Shown here one piece after another: positions 24,401 to 34,992 of a stretch of DNA of 64,000 nt. The stretch is from Octopus bimaculoides. Lineage: Eukaryota. A program made the translations under genes and the position numbers. Positions within the stretch are counted from its first letter, which is position 1. Every line of letters starts with the position of its first letter. The stretch is taken from assembly GCF_001194135.2 (NCBI RefSeq), contig NC_068987.1:16216904-16280903 (forward strand). Reading direction: 5' to 3'. Under the pieces are notes generated by a model that was not told the DNA's origin, ran no database searches, and saw nothing but the letters and a program-made list of their open reading frames with translations.

Positions 24401-26890
24401 TCGAGTTAGCTCAAGTACAACTGGAGATCACCAGTTTATCTTGAGTTCTACAGGAGGCCAACAAATTAGCTCAGGCTCTGTTGAAAACCAGCAAATCAGT
24501 TCAAGAATCACTGGAGATCACTCGGTTAGCTCAAGCTCCATTGGTAATGAATCAGTTAGTTCAAGTGTCATGGGAGGTCAATTGGTGTATTCAACTGGAG
24601 CCCAGTCGGTCAGTTCAAGAGACTCTGGAGAACATTTAGTTAGTTCAAGTGTTATTGGCGATTCTTCATTCAACTCGAATGTCAGTGAAATTCAGGTTGT
24701 TAGCTCAAATTTAAACAAAGATCGAGCAGTTAGCAGCAGTTTTGAACCTTCAGCTGAAAACGTAGTTACGTTACATGAAACTGAGCGAAGAGGGTATATG
24801 GGCAGTGGTGCTAATGAAAAGACAGTGACCAGATCATCTGGAAGTAGTGTCTCCGATTCGGAGGTCTGCTTTCCTCAAGAGTATACTATCTCTGCTCAGA
24901 CCATAAACATACAGCAAGTTGACGCTTTAAGATCTAAAGATGGTAAAGGATCACAAGAACAAGAGGTTAGGACTATTAGTAACCGTGGTAATGTAGACAC
25001 AATTGAAGGTAATGCTTTGAGTGGAGGGACTCATATGGTGTCTGGATCAATGTACAGTAAGTCCTCTGGATCGTCCTCTGGATCGTCCTCTGGATCATCC
25101 TCTGAAACGATGTTCAAAACATTAGTGCCTTCTGAACAAGATCAAACTAGAAAGCAAACTAAACAATTTCACACTGCTACTCATTCATCAGATGTTTATG
25201 GACCAGGGTCAGATTATCGAACTGGCATAGCTTCATCAGGATATATTTCTGGAAAAGTTCCACATGATGAATTTTCTCACCAATCGCTGGTGACAAGCAT
25301 CAGATATGTTTCTGAACCTGTTTCTGAAGTCTCTTCAACTGAGGTACTCTACAGAACTCCAAAATCACCACAAAGTTCTGGCAGTGTTCACGGTCAGAAT
25401 ATCACATATTCTAGTTCTTCAGAAAAACCATCCATGGTTGCAACAGTCCACAGTGAGGGGTCTGGTTCAATAGATGAAAAACTTTCGATTGAACCCATGC
25501 TCACTGGAACTAAAATAATATCAAAAGCTTCAGAATCTCCTCAGATTACTACCAGAGTGTACAATGAGAAAACAACACATAGTAGTTCTTCAGGGAGTCA
25601 TAGACTGGCATCTGAACCTGTAGTTACTATTACTGAAACTATCTATAAGTCTCCGGAATCTTCTCAGAGTACCAGCAGAGTATATAGCAAGAAAACAACA
25701 CCTAGTTCTTCAGGGGCACCAGTTGTAACTGAAGTGGTCCGAAGTGGTGAAGGTTACTCTACAAATCAAAGACTGGCATCTGAACCTGTTGTTTCTATTA
25801 CTGAAACGATCTATAAGTCTCCAGAATCTTCTCAGAGTACCAGCAGAGTATATAACAAGAAAACAACACCTAGTTCTTCAGGGGCACCAGTTGTAACTGA
25901 AGTGGTCCGAAGTGGTGAAGGTTACTCTACAAATCAAAGACTGGCATCCGAACCTGTTGTTTCTATTACTGAAACGATCTATAAGTCTCCAGATTCTTCT
26001 CAGAGTGCTAGCAGCATGTATAGTAAGAAAATGGTGTACAGCAGTTCTTCAGTAGGGCCAGTTGTAACTGAAGTATTACATAGTGGTGAGGGTGATGCAG
26101 CCGATCAAAGGCATGTATTCGAACCTATGCTCTCTACAGCTACAAGAATGTCTAAAGATTCTGATTCTTCTAATAACAGCAATGTTTATACAAAAAAGAC
26201 TGTTTATACTCATTCTTCAGGTACACCTATTGGACAAAGAGAATTCAAAGATGACAAAAACATCGAGTCTCATCAAATATCTGGGTTAAGTACTTCTCTT
26301 TCAGAGAGTAGCCATAATATTGAAGTATCAAATACAGACAGTGATTCAGTGGCTGCATCACTTTCCCTGTCATCATCATCATCTCAAAAATTGGAAGACC
26401 TCAGTTCATCTGCAGACTTCCCTGACAGTGTGTCTTCTTCTCGTATTTGTGCAGATAGTGTTCCATCTTCTGTTGACAGTGCTGATACCAGATCATCTTC
26501 TGGTGACTGTCCACAAAGTGTTATGTCGTCTTCAGACTCCCTTAAGGCAGATCTCAACCAATTGGGTTTGGAGATGTTCACAAACAGGCAGAGCAACATG
26601 TTGGGTTTAGGTGCTAACAAAATGCACACGGAATTTTCTCAGAGTAGTGGTTGGAATCCTGAAAATACAACATACTCTTTCCGAATAACTGAGATGGTAA
26701 CTACTTCATCCTCAGTTGGAAGTGAACCAGACTTGAGTCGAGATGGAGGAACGAGTTTTGAAAATAGGCATGCTCTTTCTTACGGTAACCTCAGTGAACC
26801 TAATATCCAGTTGAAATCATGTATAAAGAGAAGCAGTTCAGAACCTGGCGCCAAGAAAGAGATTTCTTTTGCTGAAAGTGTACAGGGCGG
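21463..26890 (+). CDS. KANK: KANK (KN motif and ankyrin repeat domain protein), 5,428-bp internal exon
   Basis: Uninterrupted 1,808 full codons. Acceptor TTTTCCATTGCAG at 21462 and donor GG|GTAAGT at 26891. Contains the KN motif PYGYHIDLDFLKY, the coiled coil [37 protein letters not shown] and LKSCIKR...AKKEISF...GG, all matching motifs I recall from vertebrate KANK1. The TTG start in the ORF track is intronic. Confidence 0.95.
21549..21677 (+). other. KANK: KN motif (talin-binding LD-like motif in vertebrate KANKs)
   Basis: CCPYGYHIDLDFLKYCENMSNGNTLKQLKKIKRNKKKLRKSME resembles human KANK1 [26 protein letters not shown] (recalled). Confidence 0.9.
22227..22382 (+). other. KANK: KANK coiled coil 1
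   Basis: [52 protein letters not shown] shows a heptad pattern and matches the conserved KANK CC1. Confidence 0.9.
24273..24742 (+). repeat. Coding ~30-bp (10-aa) degenerate repeat, about 16 units, consensus TGDQxVSSSV
   Basis: Examples: TGDQRYSSSV, TGDQWVSSSV, TGDHSVSSSS, IGNESVSSSV, SGEHLVSSSV. DNA unit ACTGGAGATCA...GTTAGYTCAAG. Confidence 0.85.
25602..26108 (+). repeat. Coding 168-bp (56-aa) tandem repeat, three well-conserved units plus diverged flanking units
   Basis: AGACTGGCATC starts at 25602, 25770 and 25938 (spacing 168). Unit RLASEPVVxITETIYKSPESSQSTSRVYxKKTTPSSSGAPVVTEVVRSGEGYSTNQ. Confidence 0.95.
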
Positions 26891-28833
26891 GTAAGTAGTG
26901 TTCTTGCCAACTAAAATTAAATTTTTATGGTGTCGGGATGATTGATCTAATGGATTGTGTGTTTTGTCTATATAGATTCCTAAAGCTGTAGTCTTTACTC
27001 TTCCTCTACCTTATCACTGTTTTTTCTTCCTGTCATCCCTAACCGACATAATCTACATTCATTATGTGTAGGTTTCTTTTTCTGTTTCACTTTGTTTTAT
27101 CTATAGTATTGCATTATTACACTGATGATTATGGTGGTTCTTCATATCTGAAGACCACGAGGAAGTGTGGCAAGCCCTCAGATGACTATGTAAACTGACC
27201 CTTGAACAACAGTCTTTGACACACACGGAGCAAATATGTAAAGCTTTAGTCAAATGGGTGTCCTGAAAGTGACTCTTTCCTTGTTTGGCATTTCTCATCC
27301 ACCACAGTGGCTGCAGCATTCTCAGAGTCCGTTGCAGTGAACTGAATACAATCTCATATCACCCCCCCTCTCTGCTGCCACTCCCTCCTACCTGCCTGGG
27401 TGGGCTGGTGTTTCAGCTGGTCTGCAAGATGCTTTCTGTGGGTTCTTCTGTCTCTGTTGGTGTGTGACATGACTTTGTAGTTGTGAGGTTATAGTAGTGG
27501 ATTGATCTTTGCCCTTCATCCTTTTGGAATAGATAAAAAAACAAAAACAAAAAAAACAGCCCCAGTTTTGAGCGGTGGAGTGATAGTTATTAAGGATTCA
27601 GGTGAGATACCCTGCAGTGTCTGTTCTAGGTCATTTTGTCCTAACAGCAACATCAGCTAGGATAATGGGGCTAATCTGTATTTTCCCTTGGATAAATGTT
27701 GACGGTAGGGAGATGGTAGTAAGCATTGCATGCATAACTTGCAGTGTTCCTCAAAAAAAAAAAAAAAATAGAAGGCAAAAAAATTTTCCCATATATCTAC
27801 ACATCCATGTGCTGAATGCATGGTTGATCTTGTATGACAGACCTAGTAGCATTGGTTGAATGAGTGCCACCTGAGGCAGCCCTAGAGTTTTCCCCCCACC
27901 TGTCCTATACAAGGTCATACAGCAGACTCAAAAGTGCCACTACACCCATAAAAGTGTCACCTGGGACAGATTTCTCCCATCATCCCCTGCCAGGTATGCT
28001 ACCGCATAGACACCTAAGATGACAAAGTAGGAATCTATTCTGGACTGAATTCTTTGAACAGCTGCACTGTTCAAACTAATGAGGCATTTGAAAAGTTCTG
28101 ATGTTCCCACTACAGTAAACTGTCCTTTCTCCATGTTTCCTTTTACTTTCAGGAAAATAAGGAGAAGAAAAAAAACACAGTCTGTTGTTCTTTGAATTGG
28201 TAGCACTAGACACTATACGAAGTGTGTGTGTGTGTATGCATATTAAGGTTACCCCCATCACCAGAAAAGTGATTTTAAAAAGGATTCTATAACTTAGTAA
28301 TTATATCCATCCATCCATCCATTCGTCTATCTATCTATCTATCTATCTTTCTATATCTATCTATCTTTCTATATCTTTCTATATCTATCTATCTTTCTAT
28401 ATCTATCTATCTATATCTATCTATCTTTCTATATCTATCTATCTAGTAAATTTGTTCTATATTGTGTTCAGCTTTACTAATATTATTATTGTTACTGCTA
28501 CTCTTGCTATCATCACTATTGAAATCATGATTATTACAACAAAGTACTGAAGATGTTTTAGTTAATGTTAGGCATTTCATGTATTTGCATTTAAATCCAA
28601 TTATAATTTTCTTCACCAATTCAAGTTTGTAAATTATATCATAATAGGTTACAAAAAAAGTTAAAAATCATATTATTATTATTATTATTATAATGTTTTG
28701 ATTTATGTTAGCCCTTGTGGCCAATAAAAGAATGAATTATTATTATTATTATTATAATTGTTGTTTGATAAATGTATGCATATATGTCATGCTTTTCTGA
28801 GAGTTTCAATTTCTGTATATATGTATTTGTGTG

Positions 28834-28864
<31 letters not shown>

Positions 28865-29159
28865 GTGATTTTATATTATTAATTCATCAATAATATATTT
28901 AGGAAATCAATATTTAGTATTTCAAAAGATATATATCCAACATAACATGGTAGCATAATAAATTCAAAAGTTTAAAACATAAAAATAATAATACGGAATA
29001 TAAATATCGATACATATAAAAATCTAAAAATAGATAAATATATGTTTAAATATATATGCGTATAAAAATTTATGTGTAAATAAGCATGAATATTATAAAT
29101 TCTAAAATATAAAATACAAAGAAACCTAAAGTTAAAAGAATAAAATATCTTACGATATA

Positions 29160-29212
<53 letters not shown>

Positions 29213-29467
29213 CAAGTACGATAAACCTTTTATTTTTCATTTTTGCCTTGGTTCAGTGCATTCTGTTCCTGTTTTTTCTCCCTTTTGTTAACTAAATGCC
29301 ATTCACTTGTTATGCCTGTTTGCTTACTTACCTGCATGCTGCACCTGCTTGCTGGCTAATGCAAGTTCTTAATTAGATACACACACACACACACACATAC
29401 ACCCTGCTGTATCTTACTGTCTCTTTTTCTCTGTCACTCTTTGTTTCTCTATCAATACTTGCTTCAG

Positions 29468-29483
29468 CTGCTGCATTATGTAA
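29468..29483 (+). CDS. KANK: Candidate KANK alternative terminal exon encoding (G)CCIM-stop
   Basis: Long pyrimidine tract (29420-29460), CTTAC branch-like motif at 29413-29417 and CTTCAG acceptor at 29467. Joined to the phase-2 donor at 26890 it reads GG|C TGC TGC ATT ATG TAA. No transcript evidence. Confidence 0.5.
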
Positions 29484-31311
29484 TGTGAAGAATTGGGAAA
29501 ATACTGGATGACTGACTGTCTTTCAAGAACCAACTCTATAGCTAATGGGGTTTTTCTCTCTTGGTTTTAGTACTATCTTACATTTTGGAGTGTGCTCATA
29601 CAAACATGCAGGTTTGCATGTGCGTGTGTGTGTGTGTATATATATGTGTATGTGTTTGTATAGGTATATGTATATGTGTGTATATATGCATTNNNNNNNN
29701 NNNNNNNNNNNNNNNNNNNNNNNNNNNNNNNNNNNNNNNNNNNNNNNNNNNNNNNNNNNNNNNNNNNNNNNNNNNNNNNNNNNNNNNNNNNNNNNNNNNN
29801 NNNNNNNNNNNNNNNNNNNNNNNNNNNNNNNNNNNNNNNNNNNNNNNNNNNNNNNNNNNNNNNNNNNNNNNNNNNNNNNNNNNNNNNNNNNNNNNNNNNN
29901 AGAGAGAGAGAGAGAGAGAGAGAATGTGCTTAATATGTATTTTTGAATGTATGTGTGTTGTATATACTTGTATGATATATATATATATTTAAATGTATTT
30001 GTATATGAATATTTTAACTGCATGTGTGCATATCTATAATATGTGTATGTGTGTGTGTGTGTGTGTGTGCATTTATATATATATATATACATACATACAT
30101 GCACACACACATACATATATCTTAGAATGAGATAATAAAGCCAAGGCTGTGAGGAGATTTTAGAATATTTATAATGAAATAGTCTTACAGCTGTTTCTGG
30201 TATATTATGGATATCCCTTCATCAGAGACGGTCTGAGATAATATTTGAGTTCGAATTATTATGGAATAGGAGGAAATAGGGAATAGAGAGAGAGATAAGA
30301 GAATGAAAGTAGAAATAAGATGTATAAAGATGTTGTAGTTCCATTTTTCGAGGAAAATGGTGTATAGAAGTGGTAAAAGTTTCCTGTACATGGTATGTAA
30401 ATTCCAATAGTCATTTCAAAGTATGCAGCTGTGGAATCAGTATTACTTGTTCAAAATAGTTTTATATATGTACATGTGTATATATTTGTGAGTGTGTATC
30501 CTTGTGTATAAGCTACTACTATAAAGGTGTGTATATACACATGTAAAATACTACTTACTTGTCGGTGTATTTATTGATCTGTTTATCTCTTTTGTTTTGG
30601 TTGAATTTTTGTTTTTCAATTGAAGATTTTTCTTCTGTCCTTATTTGACCTACGTGCTTAGTTTCAAACAGTATGAATCCAAAATCTGTTCATGTTTGAA
30701 AGACCTTCTTGAGGCCTCTTCTTTTGAATGAAATGATACTCACACAATGTTATTGAACATTTGCTGTAGGTGGTGAAGGATCATGGGAATGATATCTTTC
30801 ATCTTGATTTTCATTTTTTTTTTTATAGAGGTGTCAAGGTGCAGTAATGTTTCCTGGAGAACTGTCACCATGAACTCTCCTGTCATAGACAATAGATGAA
30901 GGTTTTGCAATTCCTTGCTGATCAACATACACAAATGATTTGCTTATAGTGATCAAATGTTTGTTTTGCACATTGGCTCAATTCTGTCATTGAATTAACA
31001 TTCTCTGTACACGTGCAGAAGTGTGCCACATGTCAAAGTGATTATAGATCAAAACGAGATGGACTGTTTTGCTTGTGAATGCAAAGCATGGCCTGATCTG
31101 GGAATCGAAACCATGATCTTGCTGTTGTGAGTGCAACACTCTGACCACTAGGTCACATGCCTTCACTATTTGATGTGTATAGTAACCGCAGTTTGCGCTT
31201 TTCAAGGAAGTAACATTTGTTCATAATGTGAGTGCAGATATAGTGTGTAGTGTTTGGTTAAATTTGATTCCAGAAGGTCAAGGTAGAACGAACACACACG
31301 CACGCACGCAT

Positions 31312-31356
<45 letters not shown>

Positions 31357-32189
31357 CTATTGTTTGATATATATTGAGACTGCTTGTTATTTGTAATAGA
31401 GTTGATGTTTTAACCTACCATGAAGCATTCTAAAGATTAGTAAGTTAAAGGACACTTATATATAGGAGTATTCATATATATTTATATGTATATTTCATAT
31501 GTGTGTGAATGCTGATATAATGTTAGTTATATAACCATCATGATTAAGAAACAGTTGTACGTTAATGGAATAAACATCTATTCTCTCACTTCTCTTATCT
31601 GTTCAATTACACACACACACACACACACACACATACTCTTCTATAGTCCCAGACCAACAAAAACTCAGGAGTAAATTTGTTAGAGATACTCTCTTCTCAT
31701 TCGTATCTTTTCTTCAGGAGGGTAGGCATTGCCCATAACCCTTAGATCTTCCAAAAATAATGGGAAGGAGGAAACATCCTCAAAGTGAAGACCTGGCCTG
31801 AATGCTTGCAACATAGTGGTACCCAAGGACAAGGTAGTGGTGTTAAATCAGGCAGTGGATTAAGTCTACCACCCAAATAGGCCATAGTGGGATTTGAACT
31901 CAAAACGCAAAGTTCTGGAAAAAATGCTGCAAACGTTGTTGCCCTGATGTTCTCTCAGTTTCACCAATCCACCGTGCTGGATTGGTATGGTTTCATTGAT
32001 CCTGAAAGGTTGAAAGACAAAGTTGACTTTGGAAGGATTTGAACTCAGAACCCAGTCAGTCAAAACAAATACCACAAATCATCCTACCTGATGTTCTAAT
32101 GACTACCAATTTGTTGCTATATATTTTAATTTCATATTCTCTATTATCACTACTGTCCAAACTGTTGGATGTTATACATCACTGGTCAC

Positions 32190-32460
32190 AGTGCCAATTC
32201 TTTCTTGATTGCACTTTTCTTTTCCATTTTGGCCCAAATCATTTAACTAACTCGTCTTCCCATCATCCAAGTAGCATTTTCTGATCTCTTGGATACTATT
32301 TGTCTTCTGTACAGGCCCACCTGTTTCCTGTGAACCCTGCAAAATGTGTGACCCAGCAGAACTCATGCTTTTAGTCTTTTGTGATCACTTCATTCACTCT
32401 TTGTTCTTGAATTACTTCATTTTGAATATGTTCTTGCAATGATATTCCTACCATAGATGT
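32190..32460 (-). mobile_element. Decayed RTE-clade LINE, C-terminal ORF fragment
   Basis: One minus frame reads SMVGISLQEHIQNEVIQEQRVNEVIT..*..FCWVTHFAGFTGNRWA...*YPRDQK...G*WEDELVK*FGPKWKRKVQSRKNW, the typical post-RT pattern of RTE elements, with four stops. Confidence 0.75.
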
Positions 32461-33940
32461 TTCTATTATAATGTACTATAATGGCTCCTTATTTCAAGTA
32501 CTTGGCCAACCAATAATAGATGTGTATGAAAAAGAAATCATTTGTAATAAAAAGTAAACACAAACATGGCTTCAATGTAACACACCCATACACAAACAAA
32601 CATTTCTTTTTTGTTGATACCCACCACCCTTTCTATATTATTGTTACAAGTACTTTTCTCTTGTTTGTTCCGTGTGTATCATATATCTTGTAAGGTTAAA
32701 AGCTATCTCTTTCTCTTGTTCCTTCACTTTCTCTTTCTCTATTTCTTTTCCTTTCTCCTTCATTCTCTTTATTTGTCTCTATCTCTCTCTCTTTTTATTT
32801 GTCATTCTTTTCTCACTCTGCTTCCTTTTCTTCTATGTTTCCCCTTTCTCTCCTCTTTCTCTCTCTGTCTTTCTCTCTCTCTCTCACTAAATATTTCACA
32901 CCAACATAGTCCTCTCTCTCTTCCTGTTTATAGTTGTACCAACATATTAACAAAAAGAAACATTGAAACATAGTAAAATGATGAATAATTGGGTTTATTG
33001 CAGCTGTGTGTCTTGGATAAATATTTCAACTTCCTCATTATTCCTATTAAACTGTATATTAGTGGTCAGACAGATTCTTTAAAATAATTAATTTTATTTC
33101 AAAAGGCTCAAGTATATTTTTCTTCATCTTTTTGTTATGTAAAAGAGAGAATACAGTTTGATGGAATAAAATTCCAGTATATTACTAGTACTTATTCAAT
33201 GCCTTTTTTTCTTTTTTATTGGTTTTAATTGCTGGACTGAGGCTGATCTGGGTCATCACCTTCAAAGGTTTTAGTCATTTATATTGATACTGAATCTGTG
33301 CAGGTAATGAATCTGGAATGAGTGTCAAGCTCATTTCATCAATCTCTGTTTATTGAGCGATTAAGTCCACTGAAGCTATGTCATTTCAGAGAGTTAGCTT
33401 TGGACTGCCAATTTACATAGGCAAATAGATTTTACTCTGTAGTACTGTTACTACTTACTTCTCACTCAGAGATTTAAAACTGATTAAAACTCAAATCATC
33501 CAACCCATGCTAGCATGGAAAGCGGACGTTAAACGATGATGATAACGATAATGGTTTCCTCTATATGAGATCAGTGAATGTGTGTCACTTTAAAAGTATA
33601 TACCTCAAACAAGGCCTAGTGCTGCCATCTCTAGCCAACGGTTATCCTGTGGTGATGAAGAGAAATAACCCAGAAACCATGGTTCATAGGTACTGTTTAA
33701 AGCTGAGTGAGGACATTAGCTCCCTTGTTCGAATTATAAGGATGCAGTTGTGTGTTAGTAGCCAGCTGGAAAGAATGTTTTCCTGGGGCTAAAAAAAGGT
33801 AGTAACATCATCCTAATCAGGACTGCCAACTTACGTTGGCACATAGATTTTACTCTAATATATATATGCACACACACACACACACACGCATATTTGTAAG
33901 TAATTGATGATAGCTCACCAATAAATAAATCTAATTACAT

Positions 33941-34358
33941 ACTCTTTTACTCTTTTTACTCTTTTACTTGTTTCAGTCATTTGACTGTGGCCATGCTGGA
34001 GCACCGCCTTTAGTCGAGCGAATCAACCCCAGGACTTATTCTTTGGATGCCTAGTACTTATTCTATCGGTCTCTCTTGCCGAACCGCTAAGTTACGGGGA
34101 CATAAACACACCAGCATCGGTTGTCAAGCAATGGTGGGGGGACAAACACAGACACACAAACACACATACAAATATATATATATATACATATATACGACGG
34201 GCTTCTTTCAGTTTCCGTCTACCAAATCCACTCACAAGGCTTTGGTCGGCCCGAGGCTATAGTAGAAGACACTTGCCCAAAGTGCCACGCAGTGGGACTG
34301 AACCCGGAACCATGTGGTTGGTAAGCAAGCTACTTACCACACAGCCACTCCTGCGCCT
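33941..34358 (-). mobile_element. tRNA-derived SINE family A, full-length young copy
   Basis: Reverse complement GCGCAGGAGTGGCTGTGTGGTAAG...GGGTTCAGTCCCACTGCGTGGC (A/B boxes), core, internal (TA/TG)n and tail (AAGAGTA)n; CpGs are retained. Confidence 0.9.
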
Positions 34359-34768
34359 ATGTGAACTATTTATCGTTAAGATGGTTTCTTGTTGACTGTA
34401 CTCAACATCAGGCACACCCTCTCAGCTTATTGAGATTTGTTTATAGCAGCAGTAAGCTTTTCTAGGCACCTTGTTAATTTTAAGGTCTCCTTCGCAGCAA
34501 CCACTATGGATTGTAACCTATAACATGCATTTGGGGGTTAGGTATTTCGATCTGTTGGACCTCGCTGGGTCCTCATTGGGCTCTCATTGGTTTGTTACTG
34601 ATGACTTTGTGTTGTCTTCATTTTACTAGCCATAGCAGGTTACCATTGCGGAGCTATGATAAGGAATTTGTGAGAATTTAAGCACAGAACTTGGTAATTA
34701 AGAAAATATACTTGTCAGTTATTTTCATTTTCATTTGACATTTACTGCAATAAATTTTTGTTAAAAAT

Positions 34769-34992
34769 GGAGCCTTTATGTGGTTGCTCACTTTGCTAGA
34801 AATAACCAAATTTTCCTACATTATTCTTTAATGTCTAACGATATTTAAGGTTACAGTGTATATTGGACAAGTAAATACATATTTACTGAAGTAAAAGAAA
34901 CAAAAAAAAAAATAGGGATTGGTGTGGCTGAAATATTTTTAATCATATGTCTGCTCTATCAAGGATGACCTATGGCTAAACAATAACAACAA
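34769..34992 (+). mobile_element. Short dispersed repeat, family D (class unknown), representative copy
   Basis: GGAGCCTTTATGTGGTTGCTC...GCTAGAAATA...GGCTAAACAAYAAC. Related copies near 5260-5480, 16140-16330 (-), 39590-39840 (-) and 43120-43330. Confidence 0.55.

Noticed and set aside
30640-30934. Minus-strand ORF faintly like a mariner transposase (TVLQETLLHL...ILHH)
   Set aside because: No intact catalytic motifs or TIRs visible; too degenerate to support without a search.
34290-34358. tRNA-like A/B-box sequences at SINE heads
   Set aside because: They are followed by SINE bodies and do not form a full cloverleaf; not tRNA genes.
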